In this document: positions 1 through 12,519 of the stretch, piece after piece
How the letters are laid out: each line of letters starts with the position of its first letter
How positions within the stretch are numbered: the stretch's first letter is position 1
Source: Takakia lepidozioides
Taxonomy: Eukaryota > Plantae > Bryophyta
Direction of reading: 5' to 3'
Length of the DNA: 64,000 bases
Assembly: GCA_030704615.1 (NCBI GenBank)
Contig: CM060732.1
Span: 69,192,001-69,256,000, forward strand
Program-made: the position numbers and the translations under genes
Notes under the pieces: generated by a model
Told to the model about the DNA's origin: nothing
What the model saw: the letters and a program-made list of their open reading frames with translations, nothing else
The model's database searches: none

Positions 1-1203
1 CATTGCAGTAGTGGAGAATATGTACTTCTTTGAAGCTACTACCTTTTGGCCAGGGCTTGGGTTCCAAATGTATTTGCATCACTGTATCACTCAATGTGGG
101 CTATGCACTGCACCTTCATGTAAAACATGCCATCTTGCAGCCTTAATGTTTTCGCCATCCTCCAATGGCTTTAGTGTGGCATTAATGTACCTTTTAATAA
201 AACTTGAACATTCACAATCCAAAATTGCATCATGTATCATAACACAATGGAATCCATATTTTCACAAGACTTGAGTACCGTAGAGGCCGTTCTATTTCGA
301 CGGACCCTGCCGGAATCATTAAATACATGCAGGTCGCCAGGTTCGGCAGGCTTAATGACAATATTAATTATTTCGTTCGGGCTTCATCCAATTTTTCAGG
401 AATTCGGCGCCCTTGGGTACTTTTCATTAAATTAGGTGGGTCATGTCAAGATTCACGTACAATTGAGATTCTGTGTGGCAAGTCATAATTATGGTTAGCC
501 ATAACTCTCTGGCAAGCAGCGTTTTTTTTTGGTGAATTTTCGCCGAATGGCGACCTCAAAAAATAGAAAAGAATATTCTGTAGCAAATTCCATGTTTTTT
601 CGTGGATGAAATCGCCAAATTTCTCCAAAAATAATAAAAATTATGGATGAATTCGCCAAATATGGATAATATGAATGGATGAAAGTATGGATGTGGATGA
701 TCTGTCCTAATTTGAATGGATGAACATAATTTATGCCTAAACTCTGGAGCCACTCGTGCTATTTTCTGAATTATAAAAAAAAAACTCTGCTGGCAAGCCA
801 TAGTCATGGTTAGTGGTAAACATTTTTAATAAATCTCAAACTTTGTTTTTTTTTATTTTATGTTTTCTTTTTCAAACTTGACGTTTAGGAGTTACCATAT
901 TGCTACCTTTTGTTTACAAAATTCATCTTTTTAAATGCAGATTATTCCCATATTTCGTCTACTCCAAGGGCAGAATTTTAAAATATTCGTTCTCTTTTAA
1001 AGTGAATTAATTAAAGACGAAATAGAGCGACCTCTACGGTAGACCCCATCAACAAATTAACAATTCATCCCATGCCGTGGGGATTACCCACCCCCTTTTT
1101 TAACCAATGGAACGTAGTTCTCAGAATTCGTCGCTAGTAGTGCGGAGCAACGCGAAGCCCTGGTAACATTAAAAACAATTGTTAGTCCTATTATCTAACT
1201 AAC

Positions 1204-1400
1204 AGTCAGTAGCTCAGTTGGTATAGTGCACTGAGTGCCACCGATCCTGGGTTCAAATCTTGCTGCTTGACGGGTGTGGTATGCTCTTCTCCCCTTCTCG
1301 CAAAAGCCTTCACGGCGAGGTTATTGTGAAAGAGGTTAATTTCTCCTCTCACTATCAAGGGGCCTGTCGCTACCGGTTTCCTTCACTAAAATGTATGTAT
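1204..1400 (+). mobile_element. tRNA-derived SINE (copy 1)
   Basis: Pol III A-box TAGCTCAGTTGG and B-box GGTTCAAATC. 3' body (GGGCCTG..TCGCTACC..GGTTTCC) is shared with the copies near 7925 and 52165-54388. Ends approximate. Confidence 0.65.
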
Positions 1401-1802
1401 ATACCGTACCTGCCTATGCTGTCCGATGATAATTAAATCCTGCCGAAAAATTTAAAATTAAAGCCCACACAATGCCGAATGTCAGGATTTCAACCCCAAG
1501 CCCTATTACCACTACACTAGCCATATACATGAGTTATATTAGCGCTTTTTTATTACTTATCATGATTACTTAATGTCAAAAAGCCCGCCGGACCGCTTCT
1601 TCGAGAAATATAAATTAGTCCGGCAGGGTCCTGACGAATAGCGTCGTCATACGGTATATATGTAGGGAAAAAAATAGGAGCAAAAAAATAATGAATATCC
1701 TAGTATTGGAAAAAATATATATCCTGGAAATTTTGACACTGACCGGACCAAGTACTTTAAAAGGGGTCCGGTGTTGGAACAGAATGAGATCAGGCTTTGG
1801 GT

Positions 1803-1811
1803 TTAGGGTTT
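1803..1811 (-). promoter_or_regulatory. telo-box (AAACCCTAA) upstream of the AspRS start codon
   Basis: TTAGGGTTT about 80 bp upstream of ATG 1886. Telo-boxes are typical of plant translation-machinery genes. Confidence 0.45.
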
Positions 1812-1885
1812 TGCGGGCTGTGGTGTGGCGTGGGAGGGAAGTTTTGAGAGAGACGAGCGAGGGAGGGAGAGAGAGAGAGAGAGAG

Positions 1886-4800
1886 ATGGAGGAGGTGAAT
1901 CCTTCGCTGAGTAAGAAGGCAGCGCAGAAGGCAGCCAAGAAGGCGGAGCGGGTGACCAGGCAGCTGGCGGGAGCGGCGATCAATGTGAAAGAGGATGACC
2001 CGTTGGCGGGCAACTATGGGGATGTGAGTTTGGAATCTTTGCAGAGCAAAGATGTTACAGGGCGGAAGTGGACTGAGGTGTCGGGGCTGGATGTTGAGCT
2101 GGAGGGGAAGACCGTCTTGATTCGAGGGCGTGTGCACACGGTGAGGGGCACGGGGAAGAGGGCTTTCTTGGTGGTGCGGGAGGCGGGCCATACCGTGCAG
2201 GGTGTGCTGTCGTTGGAAGAGAATGTTGTGAGCAAAGGTATGGTGAATTATGCCGGCAAGCTCAGCAAGGAGTCGATTGTCGATGTGGAGGGCATTGTCT
2301 CTGTACCTGAGAATCCCGTCGTGGGTACTTCCCAACAGGTTCTCCCTCTCTGTCTCTCTCTGTCTCTCTCTCTTGAGCCCCCTGAGACATGTTCTCGATT
2401 GGTAAATATAGGTTGGTGAGAGTGTGATTGCACTGGATGTGCAGGTAGAGCTGCAAGTACGGAAGGTGTATTGCATCAACAAGGCAGCATCAATGCTTCC
2501 TTTTAATTTGGAGGATGCAGCCCGGAGTGAGCACGACTTTGAGAAGGCAGAAGAGGTACATTTTGAGCTACGTCTCAATTTTTATCTTGGAGTCGAGGAA
2601 CATTGTCGACATAGCTAGAGACGTCCTTCCATTTGTTTTTAATGAGACGAAGACTCTCCCTGGTGTGATCTTGTCCTATGTAAAATGTACAGGGCACAAT
2701 GTCTAGAGACAAGAGATTCTCAGTCAGTGGATTCTTAGGGAAATTACTTCATGTAACTGACATTCTCACCCTCTACTCTACTGTCTCTGATGCCAATTGG
2801 TTCAACGATATTGCATTCTTTGTTTCTCACTCTGAATCAGTGAGAGCAGCACAGTGATAGAAAGGAGGATTGGGGTGTTTGCTCAGGAAGGAAAGCAGTA
2901 TGTGAGGGTGGGGCAAGACACAAGGCTAAACAACCGGGTCCTTGATTTGCGCACTCCTGCCAACCAGGCCATCTTTCGAGTCCAGTGCCAGGTTGCCACG
3001 GTAATATCTTAATTACTACCTCTGTTGCGTGTGCAGTGCAAGGATTTGGTAGGTGCAGGATGAGGAGGTGCATGAACAAGGAGTGGCAGGGAACAGTGAT
3101 AGAGAATGCAGAATTTGGGCTGAGTGAGCTGTGGCTGTGGGATTGGGCAGCTTTTCCGGCAGTGTTTACTGGACAAGGACTTTGTGGAACTGCACACACC
3201 TAAGCTCATAGCTGGGGCCAGTGAGGGAGGCTCGTCGGTGTTCAAGCTAGACTATAAGGGCCAGCCAGCATGCCTTGCACAATCCCCACAGCTCCACAAA
3301 CAAATGGCTATCTGTGCTGATTTTGGTCGAGTCTTTGAAATCTGTCCTGTCTTCCGGGCTGAAGACTCCTTCACCCACAGACATCTGTGTGAGTTCACCG
3401 GGCTTGATCTGGAAATGGAGATTAAGGAGCACTATTTTGAGGTGCTCCTCTACAACTGCTTTTGCTTTGTTTTATTTTTTTTAGTCATGGCTCCTTGATG
3501 CAACACTGTAGCCTTGGTATTGACAAGGTGCAACAGCAAGCGATTGACAAGTGGTTCTGGTGGGACAGGTGTTGGACCTGCTGGAGAGCATGTTTGTGGA
3601 CATATTTGATGGGATAAATGAGAAATGTGCTAAGCAGTTGAAGGCAATAAATGCACAGTATCCATTTGAGCCTCTTCAGGTGCAGTCTGCCACTTTCCAT
3701 GAGGATCCTTGGCACCATAGGCATTTGGATAACCATGTGGGAAGCAGTATCAGGAAATGCAGGCTTTGAATATTCCCACTTGAGGCTCAAGGATTGAAAT
3801 TTCTCATGATGTCCATAGGAAGTCTTGGTGTGTCAAGATGTGCTGATGCCAAGTTGTATGGATGGATGGCAGTATTTGCGGAAGACCCTTCGCATCAAAT
3901 TTAGTGAAGGTGTGGCACTACTTGAGGTTCGTTATGAGACCCATTGTGTTCTCTCTCTCTCTCACTCGCTTATGCACTTGCAAGGGCATTACTAAATAAA
4001 AAACAGAGGAGAGCCAGAACCCTTGACACCTCAACACCTACTCGGGACAGCTATGGAGGGCAGCCTGGGAAGTCCAACTCAGACAATGCTTACACAACCA
4101 GCCAGTGACAAAGTAGCCATAGAAACTATGCCGCCCGTGAGTAGTATGTGCAGACAGGAAAACACCCAGCGCTTCGGTCTAAGTGCAGTGAGAGCCACCA
4201 CAGAAACTCACTCAGTTGCAACCTACCTGTCATGGGGTGGGGGGATGGTGCACCATCCAAATGTATATGATGAATATATGTCTTTCCTCTTCTTTGCATA
4301 CACCTTCTTACATTGCTTTCTTCTCTCACATATTGAAAAATACATTTATATTTCCCATGAAACGTCCAACCCATGCAGATCATCTTGTAACTTTTGTCAA
4401 TACCTGCAGGAAGCTGGAGTGAAGGTTGATCCGATGGGGGACCTCAACACAGAAACAGAGAGGTTGCTGGGGAAGATCATCAAAGACAAGTAAGCTTCTC
4501 ACTCTCTCCCCCTATCTCGGGTACTGTATGCAAATGAAATAGGCTGCAACATAAGCTATGTTGGGAATGTATTGGTAATGTTGGCAAGTTTTCCTTTTAT
4601 CCAACTCTCTATCCCTAGTTTGTAAATCCAGGACTGACATGAAACACCCTATCATACCAGGTTCCACACAGACTTCTATGTGCTTCATCGTTATCCAGCG
4701 GCAATCAGGCCCTTCTACACTATGCCTTGTTGGGATGACCCCCTTTATAGCAATTCGTTTGACGTTTTCATTCGAGGTAGCTGTCCCTCTCCCTTCAGGT

Positions 4801-6220
4801 GTCCTGGAGATGTAATGAATCCTTTCATTCTTCTTTCTCTGCCTCTCCCTTTTGTCCAGAGGGTGATATCAACTAGCCTGTTACATCACTGCTCAATTTT
4901 CTATAACCGATTATTCCTGGTGCTGTGTGAACACTAGTGGAAGTTTGGTCAGGTCTGGTTGCCATTGCCAACGTTTACAGGTAGCAGTGAGTTTTGTCAT
5001 CCCTCGCCTGTTGTTGTCTCCTCTCCTGGTGGATGCCATGCTGCTTCATTGGGAGAGAGTGAGTGTGGGGATAATGCAAGCAGCATAGTATTATACATGA
5101 TCTTGAAGTGGGTGATAAACAACCTCTTCGTTTTCATTTACAGAATGGTTTGTTTGTGAACAGGAGAGGAGATAATATCCGGGGCCCAGCGTGTACATGA
5201 ACCAGAGTTGCTTACCAGGCGAGCAAGAGAGATTGGAATTGACGTTAGCACACTATCCACTTATATTGATTCTTTTCGGTACTCTCTTTTTGCACCCTCT
5301 GCTAATTTTGTGGTTAGCTAAAATGCCCTCTCTCTGTTGGGGCCCTGTAGACTTATGGAATGGCTTTCTTTCCGTCTTTGTCTCCGTCTCTGTCTCTCTC
5401 TTTTTTTGTAGCCACGAGACTACAGCAAACATTGTCTTGTAAGTGCATTCTCCATGTGGAGCAGCTTACCTAATTGGTGGTTATCTGAATGGGTGTTTAT
5501 TGATACGCTGTTGTACTGTGTCATGGATAGTTCCTCCTGTGTTTTTGTGCATGCTGGATGTCAAATACTTGAAATCCTTGCTGTCATGTTAGAACTCTGG
5601 CAAGTTCATGTTGTGTCTCATATTCCCTTCTGGTGTCACCAACTGGCACCTTGAGGGTTGGTATCTGCTGGAGACTTCTGCTGTGAAGCTACAAATATAG
5701 CTGAGAAATAGTCAGCGAGAGTTCATGTAATTGATACACAGTCTACAGCCCTAAAGGTAGCAAGCAAGAACCTGAAGCCCCTGTAATTCGGAGCAAGAAT
5801 AGTTGGAAAGGGATGCAGAGTAATCATAGCCAACACTGATTCAACAGCAGGGAAAGTTTTTCATACTTTCTGGCAGTACTTAACCTGGAAGATTCCCAGC
5901 ATCCAATATATGACAAATTGTGTTTCCTTGATGATGTCTAGCACAGCAACAGACCTGCATTATATTAGATCTTAGGAGAGGTTCATTTATGTTTAGTAAA
6001 CAAGTCTGATTGACTCTACGGTTTCTCCAGAGAATAAGGGGAGGGTGAAAGTGAACATATGTGCCAAATGGTAAGCCTGTGTGGAGGGTGCAGGTGGGGA
6101 GCGGTGCCACATGGAGGTGCTGGAGTAGGATTGGAGCGGGTGGTGATGCTCTTCTGTGCTCTCAATAACATTCGCAAGACCTCACTGTTCCCTCGTGACC
6201 CCCAGCGGCTGGCCCCATGA
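1886..6220 (+). CDS. AspRS: Cytosolic aspartate--tRNA ligase (class II), about 10 exons: 1886-2338, 2445-2555, 2887-3000, 3151-3441, 3570-3679, 3873-3926, 4410-4489, 4661-4776, 5164-5278, 6095-6220
   Basis: OB-fold N-terminus; [13 protein letters not shown]; [11 protein letters not shown]; [20 protein letters not shown]; RPFYTMP; [10 protein letters not shown]; [30 protein letters not shown] junctions keep the frame. Confidence 0.95.
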
Positions 6221-7603
6221 GATGACCTATTTTCTTAAAATGGATTGATTTGACACGACTCACCAAAGGAGTTGAAGAGGTGTGTTCATTACACCACCTA
6301 CCATTGTTGACCTCAAAACCATCTGTGGGAAACCCTATGATCTGCCGTAGAGCGTCTCATTCTTTTCTACGTTTTCCGGACCACAAATTACTGAGTAAAA
6401 ACAGCTTTTCAACTATCAGAATATGGAAATTATACTTGACAGTGCAGGTTGATCGATCATCTACAGTGTCTCCACATTATATTCTTCATGACGGAAGTTT
6501 GCAGATTAAAAGATCTGTCATGTTGTTCAATTAACTAGAGCATTGCATTTGAAATTTCGAAGTGAGTGAAGTTTGACATGGAGGTATGTTTCAAGCATCC
6601 TGCCTTTCCATATACTGGGTTGCTGACCCATGTGAATGCATCAACCTTATTGGAGCTTGTTGGTGTTGTTGTTTCATGCTTGCACGTTGGAGAGCATTGA
6701 GGGTTGGGATTTTGACGGCAAAACATAACCTAAAATGTAACCTACTGAATGAACACTGCACAGATGAGGAACTTCTTTAAACTGCATAGAGGACAATACA
6801 TTTTATTTTGGTACTGAACAAGGGCAAAGTATGCCCAAACCAAACACCATTAATTATTGTAGGGCCTGATCCCACATCCCAAAAGAAAGCAATCGGCAAA
6901 ATATGCCCACTGTTGTCTTCGGATATGAATGGAAAAAGTCCTAACACTTCAATAATTCCCGTTACTATCCCTTGAATTAAGTTATAGGCTTACATCAATT
7001 CATAGATACCTGTTGCCTTTGAACACTCTGGATTATGAGTGCCAAGCACTGGAGCCATTGATACTCAATATGTTCCCATGGCAGACTGACTTCGGAGTCA
7101 TTGTACCATCATTATGATGGTACATAACTACCATAATCACCATAACTACCTTATTGATGTACCATCATATGATGGTACCATTAAGTAGGTGATGATATAA
7201 AGTTACAAGCTCTTTTACACTCTATGAAACTCTGCAGGAGAGAGAGTGACATGGGTTCATTGGTGTAGCCTGTTGCTTTTCTAAAATGAAAAGCCATGGT
7301 TTCTTTAGTCAGAGCCATAATCCAATTAGGCCTAGGACTTTCTAACCTTCAGTAGCCAAATAGCACATAACTCTTAACACTTGGATGAGAGTAAGCTGTA
7401 GAAATAGTATGAAAGACGAGATTAGTGCTTGATCCACTCCGAACTTACCAGCACGACAGAGACAGACATAGATTGAGACTGTCGAATTCTAAGATCCCTA
7501 CTCTTTAGCAGATGGAGAGAACAATCTCTGCTGTAGTGTGCAAAAATATGTAAGTGATAAGATTTAAGATGTTCAACTGCTGTGTCCTCAGTCATCCATG
7601 CAG

Positions 7604-10600
7604 TTATTTCTGAAAGTTGATGGAGTAGGAACCCGTGTTAGGATCCTTGACAGCCTTGAAATTGTCAACATTCATCCCAAAGCGCCCCAACAGAGAGTTT
7701 CCCAAATCTTTCAGCTTTCCTGCTCAGTCAAACGAACAAACGGGCACTTCTGAGTATTGAAGACTTCTTACTACAAACACAGATACATTGATCGTTTAAT
7801 AAGAATTATCAAAACAAGTCAACATGCATCCTCCACAGATACACACATGCCTGCATAGCTTCCTTCACATACAAAGAGCAAACTATAGCCACCCTTGAAT
7901 TCTTCGATATCAAAACCTTACCACCGGTCAGTAGCTCAATTGGATAGTGCCACTTGGAGCCACACAGGTGATTCAGGGTTCAAATCCTGCTACCTTGTTG
8001 GATGTGGAATTGTCTGGAATTGTGGCTGTTGGGCCTGGGGTCCATGCCTCCATGGGCTTTATGTGAAAGATCATTTTTTCCCCCCCCTCCTCTTGTAAGG
8101 GCCTGAATTGTGAGCTGTCGCTACCAGGTTTCCACTTTAAGAGACTTATTATAAAAAATAAAATAGAACTGTTCCCATACATTGAGTCATAATACACATT
8201 TATGAATGAACCCAAGATCACAGATATAATCTGATTATGCACAGCTTTCGTTAATGTGCAAAACATGTGGCGTGTGTACTGGGATCCACATGCATTTTTC
8301 ATTGCTTTCAAAAAACTCACCCTGGTTTGCAGATATTAAAAACAAAGAGGGAGTGTGCAACTTACCAAGCATCTCCTCCTTCATCTTCTCCCGTTTCGCC
8401 TCAGCCAAAGGCTCCAGCCGCCGAATGGTTTCTCTAGCTTGTCTGTTCCCAGAATCTAGCTCCACCACCACCTTCAAATCTACACACCCAATGGACACCA
8501 TTTCCAACTAATGCACCATAAACATAACTCAAATCCTAGGGATGCTGTTTCTCTCCTTGCTCAACATCCAAATGGCTACATTCTGCCCTTTTAGTTTGAT
8601 CATGCCGCTGCCAACCCACCGAGGTCAAATCTATGTTCAGGAGTGCTGAGATCGCCTTATGCATTCCAGCATACCATAAACGCCACCTTCAAACCAACAC
8701 CTGAAACTCATCTGATGCACTGTCATTGTCTGTACATAGCACTCAGTAATTTTGGCAGAGTTCCATACCCTGGAAATTGGTGAGGGTCAGTAAATCCTGG
8801 AGGAACTATCCCATCCTCAGTACTGTCACAATCAATTTACACAGGAATAGCCAACGAGGATTTGCCTGAAAACTCCAACAGGAGTTTTGATGGAAATAAT
8901 TCATCAACCACTGTTAATCCTCCTCACCCTCCTTTAATATCCTGCATCAATTGCGGTTGTTCCGCCTGTCCGACTCACGTGAAGTTGCACCCAAACCCCA
9001 TTTCCACCTACTTTATATTCTTCAAACAATCGTGCATGCCCCCACATCCGTTAATTACAGTATGGAACTGCCACCCAGGAACCAAGCTATTCAATCCTTT
9101 AGCCCCAAGTCCAGGTAGTACCAGTAAGAGCCTCCTCAAATCGCTCAAGTTTCTCATTAGCCTGAGCCCGACGTGTCAGTGCCTTGATGTATTTTGCATC
9201 TAGTTCAAGTGCTTTTGTGGCCTCTTTCACTGCTCCGTCATAGTTCTTCTGCAGAGTATCACCACCCAAACCACAAGCCTTGTCAATCTGCCTTATAATT
9301 GGTAATAAAACGCAAAGCAACGACACCCATATGACATTTCAAACCCTCAAACACTCATCGAGGATGGCAGCTCCATGACACATGGCTTCCTGGATGTGAT
9401 CTTACGAGTACATAGGTTATTTTAGAGAAGGGATTGGGGTTCAAAAGACACTTGATTGGTTTCACAAATATGTGCCCAGATAATGGAAGTAATCTTAGCA
9501 GTCAGCTACCAAACAGAACAATTGATATGTAAATTAAATTCTGTGTATTATACTTATGTACGTGATTTTGGTGAGAGAAAGAAATGAGAAAGACCCATAC
9601 TAGAGAGAGGCAGGGTAGGAGGGCAGCAACACATACCAGCTGAAGTAGGCAAATTGCACGATTGGAGTAACACATAGCGCGGGTCTCCTTTGCACTTGGA
9701 TGATCAGGTGCACTTTCCAAGGCAGTAGAATAGCATTGCATAGCCTCCACAAACTTGCCTGCTGCATACAGACTGTTGCCCTCTGCTTTCAAGGCATTGG
9801 CTTGCACTAAGGCCCTCTGAAACCATCTCAACCAATGGGGTGTCACAACCAAGCCAAGTTCAGCTATTTTCACAGGAAGTTAGATTTAGTGAAACTGCTA
9901 TATCTTACAAGAATTTGTTTTCCCAAATGTTCAATATGATCGCTTTGTGATAAAATTGAAGCTCCACCTAAGACTCCATGCATCCCGAATAAGCAGCTCA
10001 CTCTGTCTCCAACTATGGGAGTGTGAAGTTGAAATAGCAAGTGGAGTATGCATGAATGTAGTCCCCTGCTCTCTCTAATCCCAATATTCAAAATCTGTCT
10101 ATCAGGTCATTCTGGATTTGCTTGATATGAAGTTTCATTTTATGGTGTTGCCGGCTTTGTAACCTGGTTGTCATTGCCTTTACTATAGATCATGTGTCCT
10201 CTTCCTTCTACATCTCTTCCTATATCTGGCTCTCGCTCCTACCATTACTGTGGCTTGACAGGTGATGGTAGTCCAATGGAATCAATAAACAGGTTCAGTT
10301 TCAACATACACCCAACACTTCTTACAAAACTTCCAGACCGCATATAGACCTTAGAGCAGTGGTGAAGAAAGGGGGCCTTCACCCATGCAGTCAAATCAGC
10401 TCCAAATGGGCACTGAATTGTACAAGTCTTCTTAAGGCAGCCCGACAAAGAAGTTATGACTCCCACTCATGAACAATATGATGTTCGTGTGTGTAAGGAA
10501 AGATGGTTCTATGAAAGCTCATGTGACTGATGGTCTTTCTCAAACAGAGATGTTACAAGTTAGTCATTTACTAAGTTTACCAACTCACCGAACATTGTTC

Positions 10601-11918
10601 TTCTTCTGTCAAGGCATCCTCGAACTGCTCTCCTGTACTTCTGGATGTTGTCGGGATGTTTTCATCATGGCTCTTCGCATCGACATCAGAGTTGGTCTCA
10701 AGTGGGATCTCTTTGTCCTGGCTCTCCCCGTCAGCATCATCATTCTCATCACCCTCACTTGCAGTCTCCCAACCGTCCCCTTCCCCTCCATTGGTCTCTC
10801 CCTTCTTGGAGTGGGTCTCCTGCTCAGTTTCTGAAAGTTTGATAGATGATGTGTTACCAACATATCTTCATAAACAGTTCGACGCCAATAAAAATTCACC
10901 TCTCATATTTCCACCATCTTAAGGATTCAATTCTGGCAACAAACCTCCCTTCTTAGAAAGCCAACGGTGGCATGACTCTTCTCTTGTACAGCTTTAGGTT
11001 TTTCACTGTCTCCAACCATTCACGGGTGCATGCGCCACTAAATTCTATCAGTCCATCACCCCTTGTGCCCTCAAAAGCAAACAAAACCCTATAGAGTAAC
11101 AGATCAACAGTCAGTATTGTACAACTGTAACTTGTATAGCTCATCCCAGACAATTGGCTGGCACCTTTTATGATGAAACCCCACAACGGTTGTGACAAGT
11201 GGAAGCAATAATTGGACTGATTCATTTTAGCTCATTTAACCACACGTTGAAACATGTTCGATCTCACGCAATTTCAGGCCTTCAGACGATCGATCTTATA
11301 CAAAAATTCTCGTCCGCAGATCCCACGACTTTGAAGCTGTGAATGTCAATTCTCCTAACAATATCCGGAGAGAAGTGGACGCTTTCACGACTATATTGAG
11401 GTTTCACTTTTCACGTCCACAGATGCAGCGACAGGAATAAGCAGCTCTCGTCTTTACCCCAGATCTGTGTCAACGTCACACAAAACTCTCACACGAGTGA
11501 CCTCTAATTGCATCGATCCCAATGCCGCTCGGTTCCGGACTGCCAATGCAGCCACTATCAGCATAGATTTGCTACAGCATTGACTCTTATTGTCTTCGTT
11601 CAGCGCCGTTACCAATGCAAGTCCTTCCAAGACGTTAAGATTTGATTAACAGAAAATACATAGAAAACCCTAATATACCGTGAGTAGCCCGATCACAGAT
11701 ACAATGTCAAGGAGAACTAGAGATGAATCAGACAGCTGATCCCTACCAGCACCGGTCGCCACAGCTCCTGCCTCGCTCGGTGCCACCGATGCATTTCCAG
11801 GAAAATCCTTTGGCTTGGTGCTCACCTCCTGGAGTTTGAAGCTCGATGTGGATTCTTCTCTCTGCTCAATTCGCTCTTCCTCCACCTTCTCCTCTTCCAC
11901 AGGATCAATCTGCACCAT
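7604..11918 (-). CDS. TTC1: Tetratricopeptide repeat protein 1 (TTC1)-like, multi-exon (approx. 11918-11730, 10832-10590, 9817-9638, 9249-9121, 8480-8366, 7719-7604)
   Basis: Acidic N-terminus MVQIDPVEEEK; TPRs ANALKAEGNSLYAAGKFVEAMQCYSTAL, CYSNRAICLLQL, YIKALTRRAQANEKLERFEEAL; C-terminus EKMKEEMLGKLKDLGNSLLGRFGMNVDNFKAVKDPNTGSYSINFQK*. Confidence 0.88.
7925..8165 (+). mobile_element. tRNA-derived SINE (copy 2) in a TTC1 intron
   Basis: A-box TAGCTCAATTGG, B-box GGTTCAAATCC, shared 3' body and A-rich tail AAAAAATAAAATA. Confidence 0.65.
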
Positions 11919-12162
11919 GATGTTCAAACACACAAAGGCCTATGCCTTACTTTAGTTTTCTTTCTCGCTCTTCTCACCTTTTCTCTTGCTTCTCTGCCCA
12001 TCCCATTTGAGAGCATTCAGTAACGAGGGATATACCAGAATATGCTACATAACAGACTCTGTAATGGATTCTAGGATCAATGAATTTTCCTTTTGCTCAG
12101 AGTTGAACTATGGTAAAGGGACAGCCGGTCTTGTGGCTGCGAGGACGAGGGAGACGAGAGCG

Positions 12163-12519
12163 ATGGAGGGAGGGTCGCATGGAGAAGAGAAGCAAGAAGA
12201 GGAGGGGGTGGAGAAGGTGAAGCCCATAGTGAAGCAGGCGCGGAAGCTTCTGTATCGCAGGCTGCGTGTGGGAGTGGAGGACGGAAGGGTGTTTGTGGGG
12301 AAATTTCACTGTCTGGACAAACAAGGGAACATAATTTTGTATGACACGCTGGAGTTCAGGCAAATTCCTGCTCCCTCTGCATCCTCTGCACCGGTGATGA
12401 AGGAGCTCGCTCCCATGGAGCAGCGCAGCCTGGGCCTTGTTCTCATTCCAGCTCGCTGCCGCACTTCGTGCTGTGTTGAGTGCTCGCTTGACGAGCAGCT
12501 GTCGTTGCTTTCTCTTTAA
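12163..12519 (+). CDS. NAA38: LSm-domain protein, NatC auxiliary subunit (NAA38/LSMD1/Mak31)-like, intronless
   Basis: Sm1 motif RKLLYRRLRVGVEDGRVFVGKFHCLDKQGNIILYDTLEFR and Sm2 motif RSLGLVLIP..CRTSC. Confidence 0.8.
   Translation: MEGGSHGEEKQEEEGVEKVKPIVKQARKLLYRRLRVGVEDGRVFVGKFHCLDKQGNIILYDTLEFRQIPAPSASSAPVMKELAPMEQRSLGLVLIPARCRTSCCVECSLDEQLSLLSL

Noticed and set aside
490-820. Possible MITE with degenerate inverted ends
   Set aside because: Inverted similarity is weak and I could not define a TSD.
1204-1270. tRNA genes at about 1204, 7925 and 54321-54388
   Set aside because: A and B boxes are present but there is no convincing cloverleaf, and the copies share a non-tRNA 3' body, so they are called SINEs.
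1691-1885. N-terminal extension of AspRS from ATG 1691
   Set aside because: It runs through promoter-like sequence, a telo-box and a GA microsatellite; ATG 1886 fits cytosolic AspRS better.
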